A DNA stretch of 64,000 nucleotides. Origin: Promethearchaeota archaeon. Lineage in GTDB: Archaea; Asgardarchaeota; Thorarchaeia; Thorarchaeales; Thorarchaeaceae. The position numbers were made by a program, and so were the translations under genes. Under the pieces are notes generated by a model. The model saw only the letters and a program-made list of their open reading frames with translations, was not told the origin of the DNA and made no database searches. Positions 7,689 to 17,910 of the stretch are shown here, piece after piece. The stretch lies in NCBI GenBank assembly GCA_014728035.1, contig WJMJ01000078.1:96001-160000 (forward strand), in the 5' to 3' direction. Position 1 is the stretch's first letter, and every line of letters begins with the position of its first letter.

Positions 7689-10600
7689 TTGTTGTCTGAA
7701 TGGACGCCAAAACTCAAAACTATTCTTTTAATTTCATTACTATTGCTGCCTACATTGGTTTCTATATTGCCATCAGAAGGGGTTTTTCTAGAAAATATAG
7801 ATGGAAGGAATAACTTTCAGGGAGCAAATTCACCTGAAAATGCAATACCTCTTAGAAAAGCGACATTTGTTAATCCAGATCCGGAATCTTTAATGGACGA
7901 GTTTGCTTATATCGCAGCTATCCCAACAGCAGTATTTACACATTCAAACCAACAATACATCTCTCCCTTGATTTATTCAACGCTTGTGGATAGCGATAAA
8001 TGGATGACTGAAGACTGGGCAGAGTATCTAAATATAGATGGAGGAGCTACTCAGGCAACAGTCATTGGTGACTATTCTGAATCAGAAATTCTTGCTATCC
8101 AGAAGCAAATTGGAACTCCTATTTTTCCAAGAATAACAGGATCCACCTCTGCTGAAATTGCTGCACTGTTAGCAGTTAACGATTGGCGGAGCTCATCTAC
8201 CGCAGTATTCGCAGTTGTTGAAGATACATTTGAAGAGATTGAAATCACAGAAGGTTCCGCTACATATGAGTTTTCAAATAACCCTACAACAACAACAACG
8301 CATGACGTTTCTATATCCTCTAATGACCCTGTAGAGATGACTTTTACACCAAGCTCTTCAGCAGGTTGGTTAGAAGGTTCTTTTGATTGGACATCAAGCA
8401 ATGCATATTTCACTCATCTGCTTGAAGATGCAAACGGTATGATTATTGATTATTCAACTCAAGAACATATGTATCGGAGTAGATTTAGTACATATGTAAC
8501 GAATCCAGTGCCACTTCACTTTTGGGTGCCTAAAACAGAAGATGGATCTTGGACAATGACATTCAATCCATATTCGGTTACCAGTCCATTAACCGTAACA
8601 GGAGAAATTAAACATCATCCGGGATTTACTCAGACAATCACGGTACCAGATAATGCAAAATGGCTTAATATCACAATGGACTGGAATAACGCAGCTACAG
8701 ATCTGAATATGGCATTATTAGATCCAAATGGGAGAATAGCATCTTGGGCTCCAAGTGGTAGCATTCTCTCTGGACCGAGTGTGGAAAAAGCAGAGATTTC
8801 ATATCCAATGCCAGGTCAATGGACAATTATTGGATCTTGGATGGATGCAAATGAAGAGAACAACGGAGTTAACCTCTCATGGAGCTTGGCCACTATTGAT
8901 CCGGATATCCAAGGACATATGGAGTCAGCAGCAAATGCGGCAGTTGTAGCTTCACTTCTTAATTGTCCATTACTCTATGTAACCGAATCGGATATTCCAG
9001 AGGTCACTCAGTGGGCGATGGATCGTCTTGGAGTTAGTACCAGTATTTTGGTAGATCCAGCTAATGTTCATTCATTGGGCCTTGAAACTGCACTTAGTGC
9101 TGATACTTTCTTGTCAGCATGGAGTTCTTACACGGTGGTAAGTAACCAAATTTCAATGCTATCACAAGAAACGGATGTAGTGGTAAGTATACCACTAGGC
9201 GATGGGAATGAGCTATTTGCCACTGCAGCTTTTTCAGCTGCAGCACACGGTGCACCAATATTCTCTTTGTGCGGTGACGACAACGAGCTCCCTACAAGAG
9301 CGGAAGAAACTTGGGCACCATATCTCATCGGTCCAAATATTGAGATATACATAACAGACCGGTATTCCACAAGGACCGAAAATGGATGGTATGATGATAG
9401 AATTCCCAACATATATTCTATGCGCGAATCTGCAAGTAGTTTTGAAACATTTCTATCAGACAGAGGAGCATATAACGATACGACAAGTCAGTCAGTCATC
9501 ATAGTTGCACCTACTGATATCCTTCATGTTAGTTTTGACCGATCACTTCACAGTCATTTCGTTCCTGGTCGTATTCCAGGCACAACACAAACAACAGCAT
9601 CTGTAATGATAAACAAAGGACTGTTGCACAGATTTCTATTTTCTACAGCTGAGAATGCTGATACAAGCCTTTTGACAATGTATGCATATACAAATGGAGG
9701 AGCTGCACGAGATAATTTCGATGTGAGTAGAGCTCTGTTTCAAATTGAGGAGTCACAAACATTCCTGGAATCAATGGGATTCACAGTAGGGTTACATGTT
9801 GGTGTCGAAGAGGTCAACTCAATGATTGATTCGCAAATTGGTCTATGGTCAATCAGTACCCACGGAACTCTAACATTATATCCAACAGATCCACCCGAAA
9901 GACCAAGTGGACCGGGTATCTTCTCTTTACGAAATGAAGATGCGACATGGGGTTTTGAAGAATCCTTATCCAATAGAGAAGCAAATGGAGATGGTCTAGT
10001 TAATCCAGTTGCATTCCAAAACGAGTATAGTCATCATACTACTCGAAGCACCGAGGATTTAGAACAAGTGATAGAAAATATTGGATCACCAATTGTGTTC
10101 TTGACGGCATGTCTTCTTGGTGGAACACAACTACCTTTGACACTCATGGAACATGGAGCTGTAGCAGTAACAGCAGCACCAAGAACAGTATACTTCAATC
10201 CTGCATGTTATCTGTCAGTACTAATGACCGAAAAACTCGCTGAAGGAAACTCAACCGGTTTTGCGTTATCCGAAGGACTCAGGCATTCTTCAGTAGACTA
10301 TACCGATCCTTTGGGATATGAACCAGTCGATTATGCCAATCAACAGATTCTCTTTGGAGATCCAGAAGTACATCTCTATACAACGGACGATTTTCCCCAT
10401 GTAACATCAATTGATGGATACACAACAAACTTTGGAAATCATCGGCCAGGGAATGGAGTGCCAGCCGTAGCTGCACTTGGTGAAACATCATATCTTCCAG
10501 ATACATTAGAGGTTCTTAATGTTGAATACCTTTACTACCAAGTATCAAACATGAGTGAATTTATCAGACTGCTTCAGCTTTCTCGCGTGACCGTGGTCGA

Positions 10601-11513
10601 GCCTGGAGCTTATGGAACTCTAGAATCAGATTTGAACGCAAACAGTGTTCTTCTGGACTCTTACGTTCGTGGAGGTGGCACCTTTGTTGCTCTAGGTCTC
10701 ACGGATAACACTAGTTGGATTCCTTGGCCGCTCTCATACGATTCAAGTTCATCTAGTTCATCCATTTCAATAGATGATGCTGGACATCCTCTTGTATCGC
10801 TACCCAACGTATTAGGGTCGTCAGTAGATACAATTGGGCATTTCAGTTCCGTTTGGAGTAACCTTTCTGTTATTGCAACCAGTAGCAATCAACCAGTAAT
10901 TATTGGCGGTGTTATTGGAGCAGGAAAACTTGCGTTCACTACAACACATCCAGAAGGAGAAGAGAGAAACAAGACAATAAATAACATTGTAGAATGGTAC
11001 CTAAAACCATCAATCATTGTAGATTCAGTAAGCTTGAGTCAGTACATCATTTGGGAGGGTGATACTGTCACTATCCATGTTTCCCTATCAGATAGAAGTG
11101 GAACTCCAGTTAGCGATGTGGATCTCAGGGCCTGGGTGAATTATACTGCAGTTGATGTGATAGAGATAGGAACAGGTCTCTATGATATTTTCCTTGACCG
11201 GTCCTGGACTAATGGTCGTATAGGAAAACTCGACTTGCAATTGAGAGGTGTGAAAACTGGTTATGATACCTTATCTGTCGTATTCACCGAGTACGTTTTT
11301 ATTAGGCAATTCCCATGGATTCCGATTCTTCTTGTGGGAGGTACTTTTGCAGCCGTGGTTATTGGATATTTCTACATGAGATATCGTAGGGGAGAAGATC
11401 TGATTCCACGAAGAGGAAGTAAAGACAAATACAAAGGCCCAACTCCAGAGGAGAAAAAGAAACAACGGGAAGAAGATGAAAAATTCGACCCCAAGGAATT
11501 CTTTGGTGTATAG
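7689..11513 (+). CDS. Large secreted, C-terminally anchored protein with putative C25 (gingipain-like) cysteine peptidase domain
   Basis: Signal peptide; PPC-like DLNMALLDPNG; THG, TACLLG and ILFGDP motifs; C-terminal TM plus basic tail. Confidence 0.6.
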   Translation: MLSEWTPKLKTILLISLLLLPTLVSILPSEGVFLENIDGRNNFQGANSPENAIPLRKATFVNPDPESLMDEFAYIAAIPTAVFTHSNQQYISPLIYSTLVDSDKWMTEDWAEYLNIDGGATQATVIGDYSESEILAIQKQIGTPIFPRITGSTSAEIAALLAVNDWRSSSTAVFAVVEDTFEEIEITEGSATYEFSNNPTTTTTHDVSISSNDPVEMTFTPSSSAGWLEGSFDWTSSNAYFTHLLEDANGMIIDYSTQEHMYRSRFSTYVTNPVPLHFWVPKTEDGSWTMTFNPYSVTSPLTVTGEIKHHPGFTQTITVPDNAKWLNITMDWNNAATDLNMALLDPNGRIASWAPSGSILSGPSVEKAEISYPMPGQWTIIGSWMDANEENNGVNLSWSLATIDPDIQGHMESAANAAVVASLLNCPLLYVTESDIPEVTQWAMDRLGVSTSILVDPANVHSLGLETALSADTFLSAWSSYTVVSNQISMLSQETDVVVSIPLGDGNELFATAAFSAAAHGAPIFSLCGDDNELPTRAEETWAPYLIGPNIEIYITDRYSTRTENGWYDDRIPNIYSMRESASSFETFLSDRGAYNDTTSQSVIIVAPTDILHVSFDRSLHSHFVPGRIPGTTQTTASVMINKGLLHRFLFSTAENADTSLLTMYAYTNGGAARDNFDVSRALFQIEESQTFLESMGFTVGLHVGVEEVNSMIDSQIGLWSISTHGTLTLYPTDPPERPSGPGIFSLRNEDATWGFEESLSNREANGDGLVNPVAFQNEYSHHTTRSTEDLEQVIENIGSPIVFLTACLLGGTQLPLTLMEHGAVAVTAAPRTVYFNPACYLSVLMTEKLAEGNSTGFALSEGLRHSSVDYTDPLGYEPVDYANQQILFGDPEVHLYTTDDFPHVTSIDGYTTNFGNHRPGNGVPAVAALGETSYLPDTLEVLNVEYLYYQVSNMSEFIRLLQLSRVTVVEPGAYGTLESDLNANSVLLDSYVRGGGTFVALGLTDNTSWIPWPLSYDSSSSSSSISIDDAGHPLVSLPNVLGSSVDTIGHFSSVWSNLSVIATSSNQPVIIGGVIGAGKLAFTTTHPEGEERNKTINNIVEWYLKPSIIVDSVSLSQYIIWEGDTVTIHVSLSDRSGTPVSDVDLRAWVNYTAVDVIEIGTGLYDIFLDRSWTNGRIGKLDLQLRGVKTGYDTLSVVFTEYVFIRQFPWIPILLVGGTFAAVVIGYFYMRYRRGEDLIPRRGSKDKYKGPTPEEKKKQREEDEKFDPKEFFGV

Positions 11514-11612
11514 AATGCGCAATTGGTGTGCATCTTTCACCTATAATACGGCAACATTTTAATGATAAGTTTAGCGATTTACCATTGTTCTGATTGACCA
11601 GAGGCTTCAATT

Positions 11613-11975
11613 ATGACCAGTCGGGTAGATAAAATCAATAAAATCATCAGGGACTTCGAAACTGTACCAGGAGTGGAGGGAGCTGCTCTGGTGTCATTGG
11701 ATGGCTTGATGATATCCTCCGCACTTCCAGAAAGTGAACAAGAAAGGGTTGCAGCAATTAGTGCAGCTATGCTAACTTTGGGAGATAAAGCAACAGGGGA
11801 ATTGGATCGTGGAAACCTTGAACAGGTATACGTCAAGGGAGATAGAGGATACACACTGCTAACTTCTGTAGGAGAAACTGCACTGTTGCTTGTTCTAGCA
11901 AAGGTTGATGCACAACTAGGTTTGATATTTATGGATATGAAGAGGATGGCTGAAACCTTACTAGATGTTCTCTAA
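11613..11975 (+). CDS. Roadblock/LC7 (MglB-like) protein
   Basis: GVEGAALVSLDGLMISS, VAAISAAML, LEQVYVKGDRG, QLGLIF. Confidence 0.92.
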   Translation: MTSRVDKINKIIRDFETVPGVEGAALVSLDGLMISSALPESEQERVAAISAAMLTLGDKATGELDRGNLEQVYVKGDRGYTLLTSVGETALLLVLAKVDAQLGLIFMDMKRMAETLLDVL

Positions 11976-11978
11976 TTA

Positions 11979-13220
11979 TCATTTAGTGAACCATCTTCGG
12001 ACTATCTCATCAATAATTGTCCTAGCAACATCTCTCTTTGATACAAGTTCAGTCTTTACCAAATCATCAGGGCCTACTATAAGAACTTGGTTTGTATCAG
12101 TTCCAAATGCAACACCTTTTCGCATTGCATCATTTGCCACCACTAGATTGCAAATCCCAGCTTCTATTTTCTTTCTTGCTCTTTTTTCTAGTTCTTCATC
12201 AGAAACACCAGATTCGACCTTGAATCCGACAATATACAAATCAGAATTCTGTTTTCGAGCTTCTTCTATTATCTTCTTTGTGGGTTCGAACTCGATTGAT
12301 AAGGATTGCTTACCAGACGACATTTTACTATCTACTTTGGTTTTTGGCACATAGTCTAGCACAGCCGCTGCAGACACGAATACATCTACAGCACGTTTCT
12401 CAAGTTCATGTAATACGGTCTCCATCATTTCATCAGTAGTATCCACATGAAGTACTTCAGCATTCTCAGGAGCTTTTTCAGATGTCGGACCTAAAATAAG
12501 AGTGGCAGTTCCACCCCGAGAGAGAATCTCTCTAGTTATAGCAATCCCCATCTTTCCAGTCGAAGGGTTTGTTATGAATCGTACACGGTCAAGCCAGCCT
12601 CTTGTTGGGCCAGCTGTAATGATAAAATGCTTATTCTTCAAATCTTGTGCCCCAAGAATACTAATCACATATTCAACTATGTTAGAAACCGAGGGGATTT
12701 TTGCCTTGGCTTCTTCCATACGAGGACTAATTACATGGACATCCATTCTTTTCAGTCGTGCAATATTTTCAATCACCGCGGGATGGTCATACATGGATTG
12801 ATGCATTGCAGGAACAACAATTACAGGAATTTTCGCACCGATTCCAGAAGATACAGTAGTCGTTACTGGAGTGTCGTCAATACCATTTGCTATTTTTCCA
12901 ATAGTATTTGCTGTCGATGGTGCTATCAAAATAAGGTCAACGTGCTCGTTATGTTTTCCAGCAAGAGTGACGTGTTCAATTTGTCCTGTAAGTTCTGTAA
13001 CAACAGGATTTCCAGTAGCCCATTCCATCAGGTGGGGATGAATTATTTTCTGTCCCGCTTCACTCATGACTGTATGAACTTCAGCACCGTGACGCATCAA
13101 CGTTCTGGAGAGTGCAACACATTCAACAGCTGCAACACTTCCTGTAATACATAATGCTATTTTTTTCCCTTCAAGTAAAGAACTCAATGTACCTTTGATC
13201 AGTTTCGATGTATGCTGCAT
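11979..13220 (-). CDS. coaBC: Bifunctional phosphopantothenoylcysteine decarboxylase/synthetase
   Basis: ITGSVAA, APSTANTIGK, PAMH, TAGPT, VRFITNPSTGKMG, AAAVLDY, VGFK, VVAND. Confidence 0.95.
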   Translation of the reverse strand: MQHTSKLIKGTLSSLLEGKKIALCITGSVAAVECVALSRTLMRHGAEVHTVMSEAGQKIIHPHLMEWATGNPVVTELTGQIEHVTLAGKHNEHVDLILIAPSTANTIGKIANGIDDTPVTTTVSSGIGAKIPVIVVPAMHQSMYDHPAVIENIARLKRMDVHVISPRMEEAKAKIPSVSNIVEYVISILGAQDLKNKHFIITAGPTRGWLDRVRFITNPSTGKMGIAITREILSRGGTATLILGPTSEKAPENAEVLHVDTTDEMMETVLHELEKRAVDVFVSAAAVLDYVPKTKVDSKMSSGKQSLSIEFEPTKKIIEEARKQNSDLYIVGFKVESGVSDEELEKRARKKIEAGICNLVVANDAMRKGVAFGTDTNQVLIVGPDDLVKTELVSKRDVARTIIDEIVRRWFTK

Positions 13221-13531
13221 TTATGTCACTCTCATAATCTTGTTGGAAATTGCTCCTGATAACTTAATCCGATAGCAGTATTATGAACGTTTCAGCTCTT
13301 TTTTCCTATTTAACCTTTGAAATGCATCAAAAAAATCAACATGGTTGTATAATTTGTAAGATAGGTGAGCAAAGAATATATGAGCTATTTCCTCAATGGC
13401 AGATTGTTGATGGTTCTTCTTGTAGGAAGGTACCATTAACAGCACGCTATCAATGGATGCGGGCACGGGAGATACATCTGTGTCAGTAAAGCAGTGAATC
13501 TCATAAAAGAAATTCAGCAGGTGCGGAATAC

Positions 13532-14371
13532 TTGGCGAACTCTTCTCATGATTTGGAAACGATTCTTAGCAGATTCGAACCAGAAAAAAGAGCTCGTTAC
13601 CAAGCTTATGAAAAAGTTGTATCATCTTTTGGCTCACCAACTCAATCCCTTTTTGTGTTAGATAATGATAACGAAGCTGACACATTTCGAAGAGATTTTG
13701 ACGAGTATCTAAAGGTGACTGGAAAAGTCGAGGAAACTCGGAAGGATGCTCCATATTACGTAGTTCGGATAGGATATGATGGAGACATGCTAGATGATAT
13801 GTTTCGCCTTGCAGTGTCCAGCGAATCAGAGCACTTCAATCCTGCAAAACTCGATGCCAGTATGCTATATTCCAAACAATCAATCTTTCAACATCTCTAC
13901 AACAGCATAACTCAGGATAAATTCATCATCTTTCATATCACAGAGTTTCCATTAGCATATTATTTCGAAACTGCTGTGGTTGTGGACGTTGAGGAACTAT
14001 CGGACATTATGGATCCAACTGTTCATGATGCTACAATCGAAAGATATCTGAATGATTTACGCCAACAGGGTTCTGAAGAGCATCGAAAAACTTACAGTTT
14101 CTTTTATCGGATAAGCACTTCACTACTCATGGAACTATCTAATGTCTTTCTTGTCGTTCCTACAGCTGGTATGAATCGTCATATGGTAGTAACAAGTTGG
14201 AGAACACAGACTCTGCTACTCGGTTTCAGTCCTTTAACATGGTCTTCTGGAAGTTTTCGTGTATATGATCTCAGTGGGAGGGACATCGATGCGAGATGGG
14301 CATATCCTGCCCCACCTGCAGAATACCCATCTGAGAAGCAGTATGTCAGTCTGGTGCCACTCAGAAAATAA
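13532..14371 (+). CDS. Hypothetical protein embedded in CoA biosynthesis cluster
   Basis: 279-aa ORF with GGTG SD-like sequence upstream; no recognised motif. Confidence 0.7.
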   Translation: MANSSHDLETILSRFEPEKRARYQAYEKVVSSFGSPTQSLFVLDNDNEADTFRRDFDEYLKVTGKVEETRKDAPYYVVRIGYDGDMLDDMFRLAVSSESEHFNPAKLDASMLYSKQSIFQHLYNSITQDKFIIFHITEFPLAYYFETAVVVDVEELSDIMDPTVHDATIERYLNDLRQQGSEEHRKTYSFFYRISTSLLMELSNVFLVVPTAGMNRHMVVTSWRTQTLLLGFSPLTWSSGSFRVYDLSGRDIDARWAYPAPPAEYPSEKQYVSLVPLRK

Positions 14372-14427
14372 TCACACATATTCTTCAATATCTTCATGTT
14401 GCGAACTAATCTGAAGACTTACTATTT

Positions 14428-14456
14428 TAATGGTAATATACCATTACATACCATTA
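14428..14456. promoter_or_regulatory. Palindromic putative operator upstream of PoK-PPS-panE
   Basis: TAATGGTA-ATA-TACCATTA perfect inverted repeat plus a third half-site TACCATTA 10 bp later. Confidence 0.55.
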
Positions 14457-14519
14457 AATTGTATTTCACCCAAGGATTACTATATTAATGCCTCCGGATA
14501 GGAAGAAATAGACAACACC

Positions 14520-15437
14520 TTGAAACTCCAAAGAAGACATGCAAAAGCGTTCGTACCTGGACACATAACTGGTTTGTTCAGGATTCACGATAATTTCGCG
14601 GATCCTCTTCAACGGGGTTCAACTGGTGCGGGGTTCTCAGTTAAACTAGGAACTATCACAAGTATAGAGGTGATTGAGAGCCCAGCATCCATGATAGTAG
14701 TAGACTATAATGATATTCAGATAGAAGGTCCTGTTACTAGGACGGTGACACAAAATATGCTTGATGATATTGGTGAATCTTACAAAATTCATGTGAAACA
14801 CCAATCAGGCCTTCCTATCGGTGTTGGTTTTGGTGCCTCAGGAGCTGGAGCACTTGGCACTGCGTTTGCACTCGGTTCTATCTTCTCTGATAAATATGAT
14901 AATCAAACACTCGCTCAAATCGCACATCTTGCTGAAGTTGAAAATCATAGTGGACTTGGAGATGTTATAGCACAAACAGTTGGAGGTTTTGAACTTCGAA
15001 CTCATCCCGGCGCTCCGGGTATTGGAAAAATTGTAAACATACCAACAAGTTCTGATTTTAGTGTAGTATTAGCAGGTGGAACTGGTCTTGATACCAGTAA
15101 AATATTGACTAATTCAGACCAAAGGGACAAGATAAATCGCGTTGGAGAAAACCTAGTAAAGAAAATAATAGACTCACCAAAATTGGATACGTTTATCCAG
15201 TGTTCACAAGAGTTTGCATTCTCCACAGATTTGGCAAACAAAAGAATACGACAAGCGCTTCAGCATCTTGAAGAATCAGGATTTGAAAAGTCCGGAATGG
15301 TTATGCTTGGAAATTCGGTATTCTGTTTTTGTACGAAGAAGCAAACTGATGAGGTTAGTAAAATTCTGAGTCGTCATTGGAATGCAAATGAGATATTCGT
15401 AACGGGTATAGATCAGATTGGTGGGAGAGTGCTATAA
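14520..15437 (+). CDS. Pantoate kinase (GHMP family)
   Basis: AFVPGHITG, GSTGAG, GFGASGAG, SGLGDV, MVMLGNSVF; adjacent to PPS. Confidence 0.92.
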   Translation: MKLQRRHAKAFVPGHITGLFRIHDNFADPLQRGSTGAGFSVKLGTITSIEVIESPASMIVVDYNDIQIEGPVTRTVTQNMLDDIGESYKIHVKHQSGLPIGVGFGASGAGALGTAFALGSIFSDKYDNQTLAQIAHLAEVENHSGLGDVIAQTVGGFELRTHPGAPGIGKIVNIPTSSDFSVVLAGGTGLDTSKILTNSDQRDKINRVGENLVKKIIDSPKLDTFIQCSQEFAFSTDLANKRIRQALQHLEESGFEKSGMVMLGNSVFCFCTKKQTDEVSKILSRHWNANEIFVTGIDQIGGRVL

Positions 15438-16255
15438 TGGGCCTTATAGAAATTCCAGACGACCATCCACGAAAAGTGTCCCTTGAAACACGGGAAACTA
15501 TTATAGAAGGACACCAAAAACACATTGTTGCAACTGCGGGGCTTCTCGCTCATGGACGTGGAGAAGCTTTTGATTATCTAATTGGAGAAAGAACAACGCA
15601 GCAAGCGAAAGAAGCGATTCAAGCAGCAGTTGCTGAGATTTTACTCGCAGACCATCCGGTAATAAGCGTTAATGGAAATGTATGCTCGCTTGTTCCGAGG
15701 GAGCTTGTTCAATTTTCGGAGTTGACTAAAGCCCCTCTTGAGATTAACCTGTTTTATTATAGAAAGGAACGAGAGGATGCAATACTGAAAGCGCTTCTTG
15801 ATGCAGGTGCAAAGGAAATCCTTGGTACTCATGACAGACCATCCGAAACAATTCCAGAACTAAGCAGTAATCGCAGAAAAGTAGATTCTGACGGAATTGC
15901 AATAGCTGATGTTGTTATTGTCCCATTGGAAGATGGAGATAGAACTGAGGCACTACGAGCAGTCGGAAAACGAGTGATAACAGTCGATTTGAATCCTATG
16001 AGTCGAACATCGGTATTTTCCAATGTGACGATTGTTGATAACATCATCAGAGCAATGCCACTCATGGTTGAAACTGCAAAACGATTTCGTAGCCTAAGTG
16101 AAGCTCAACTTATCGAAATTGTTGACAAATTCGATAATGGGAGAAATTTGGATGCTTCTCTCCAGATTATGATTGAACATCTACAGACTGAAGCTAAAGC
16201 AGCTTTACAAAGAAAGCCAAGAACAGTTAAGGAATTGAAGGAGGCAGACCAATGA
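15437..16255 (+). CDS. 4-phosphopantoate--beta-alanine ligase (phosphopantothenate synthetase)
   Basis: HPR..SL, AHGRGEAFDYLIGE, ISVNGN, VPLEDGDR, DLNPMSRT. Confidence 0.95.
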   Translation: MGLIEIPDDHPRKVSLETRETIIEGHQKHIVATAGLLAHGRGEAFDYLIGERTTQQAKEAIQAAVAEILLADHPVISVNGNVCSLVPRELVQFSELTKAPLEINLFYYRKEREDAILKALLDAGAKEILGTHDRPSETIPELSSNRRKVDSDGIAIADVVIVPLEDGDRTEALRAVGKRVITVDLNPMSRTSVFSNVTIVDNIIRAMPLMVETAKRFRSLSEAQLIEIVDKFDNGRNLDASLQIMIEHLQTEAKAALQRKPRTVKELKEADQ

Positions 16256-17238
16256 AGATTGTAGTGATGGGTTCAGGAGCTATAGGAAGTTTGTACGGGG
16301 GAATTCTATCGCAAAATAGGAATAACGAAGTTACTCTTGTGGGAAGGAAAGCACATATCGATGCAATCTCATCTCAGGGATTAACACTCACTGGTGTGAT
16401 GGGAAATCATGTTGTATATCCAGAAACCACCACCGACCCAAAAACGATTCGTGAAGCAGATTTGGTTCTTATTACAACAAAAACATACGATACACTTACT
16501 GCGGCAAAACGTATACGTCATTTAGTCGACCAAGGTGCCCATGTAATGGTCCTCCAAAACGGTATTGGTACTGAAAAAGAATTGGCAGAATATCTGGATA
16601 CAGAACGAATAATTCGTGCTACTTCATGTATGGGAGCATTAAGAACTGGACCTGGAAAAATTCAAGTCACTGGTACTGGAATCACTGAAATCGGTTCACA
16701 TTTTCCTTCAACCTATCAGATAATATATCAAATTGCTGAAATGCTTCAATCGGTTGGATTTGAAGTCAAGATATCTAAGAATATTGAAGGTGTGGTCTGG
16801 ACAAAAACACTGGTTAATTGTGGAATTAATCCTGTTGGAGCTCTTACTGGATTAACAAATGGAGAAGTATACGACAATCAAAATCTTAGAGGTCTAATTG
16901 TTCAGCTGGTTGAAGAGGCGGTTCTCGTTGTGAAAGCTCTTAATATTCAACTAACAACGGATGATCCCGTACGTTATGCACTTGGTACCGCAAAAGCAAC
17001 AAGCAGCAATATCAATTCAATGCTGCAAGATATCCGTGCTGGTAAGACTACTGAAATTGATTCAATCACTGGTAAAATCATCGAGTTTGCCAAAGAGCTT
17101 GGAATACCTACGCCAGCAAGTGAAACAGTCTATGCTCTTGTAAAAGCATTAGAAGCCAAATGCCTTGCAGACTCGAAATACTGTGAAGATTCGATACTTG
17201 ATGCTGACAAACTCATGGAAGCAATATCTATACCTTAA
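16252..17238 (+). CDS. panE: Ketopantoate reductase
   Basis: GSGAIG, TKTYD, LQNG, WTKTLVNCGINP, SMLQD, TEIDSITG. Confidence 0.93.
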   Translation: MKIVVMGSGAIGSLYGGILSQNRNNEVTLVGRKAHIDAISSQGLTLTGVMGNHVVYPETTTDPKTIREADLVLITTKTYDTLTAAKRIRHLVDQGAHVMVLQNGIGTEKELAEYLDTERIIRATSCMGALRTGPGKIQVTGTGITEIGSHFPSTYQIIYQIAEMLQSVGFEVKISKNIEGVVWTKTLVNCGINPVGALTGLTNGEVYDNQNLRGLIVQLVEEAVLVVKALNIQLTTDDPVRYALGTAKATSSNINSMLQDIRAGKTTEIDSITGKIIEFAKELGIPTPASETVYALVKALEAKCLADSKYCEDSILDADKLMEAISIP

Positions 17239-17908
17239 ACCAAGACTTCGCCATTTGATATGAGGCAATTGCGGATTTCTTCCCATTATGTTTTAATGGA
17301 TTCATATGACCAGGTAGTGCAATATCAAAATCCAAAGAGGTAATTCTCTCAAGCGATTTTACCAGTGTTTTCCCATCACCTCCCGGAAAATCAACACGGC
17401 CAAAGCTACCACCAGGAAACATTGTGTCACCAGTAAATAGGATTGGAGTATCTTGTACTTTGAGACAAATCGAACCAGTTGAATGCCCAGGAGTGTGGTA
17501 CACTCTAAGTTTAATCGTTCCCAAGTCTAATATTGACCCCTCTTCCAGTATGCCCTTTATGGTGATGGGTGGGAAATCATGTCCAAAATTCTGAGACAAA
17601 GTACCACTAGTATCTCCATTGTTTATTCTATCAGCTTCTGCTTTATGAAGATGAATTGTGACCTCTGATTCGTCTAATATTGGTAAAACCCCTCCAATAT
17701 GATCGATATGTGAATGAGTAAGAACGATATCAGTAATATCCTTCAGTTCGATACCAACAGCATTCAAATCTCGTTTCAATCTGCCGTGATTCATACCAGT
17801 TCCTGCATCGATTAGTACAATATGATCTTCATGTTTGATTAGCCCAATATTGGAGTCAAAGGTGTTAGATGTTCTAAAATAGATGTTCTCAGTGATACTG
17901 TCAAACAA
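17228..17908 (-). CDS. Metallo-beta-lactamase fold hydrolase (glyoxalase II-like)
   Basis: THSHIDHIGG, HTPGHS, FTGD, PGH. Confidence 0.9.
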   Translation of the reverse strand: MFDSITENIYFRTSNTFDSNIGLIKHEDHIVLIDAGTGMNHGRLKRDLNAVGIELKDITDIVLTHSHIDHIGGVLPILDESEVTIHLHKAEADRINNGDTSGTLSQNFGHDFPPITIKGILEEGSILDLGTIKLRVYHTPGHSTGSICLKVQDTPILFTGDTMFPGGSFGRVDFPGGDGKTLVKSLERITSLDFDIALPGHMNPLKHNGKKSAIASYQMAKSWFKV

Positions 17909-17910
17909 TA

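Noticed and set aside
13396-13425. ATG GCA GAT TGT TGA mini-ORF with a Cys-UGA pair
   Set aside because: Only 9 codons even with readthrough, and no nearby SECIS-like hairpin
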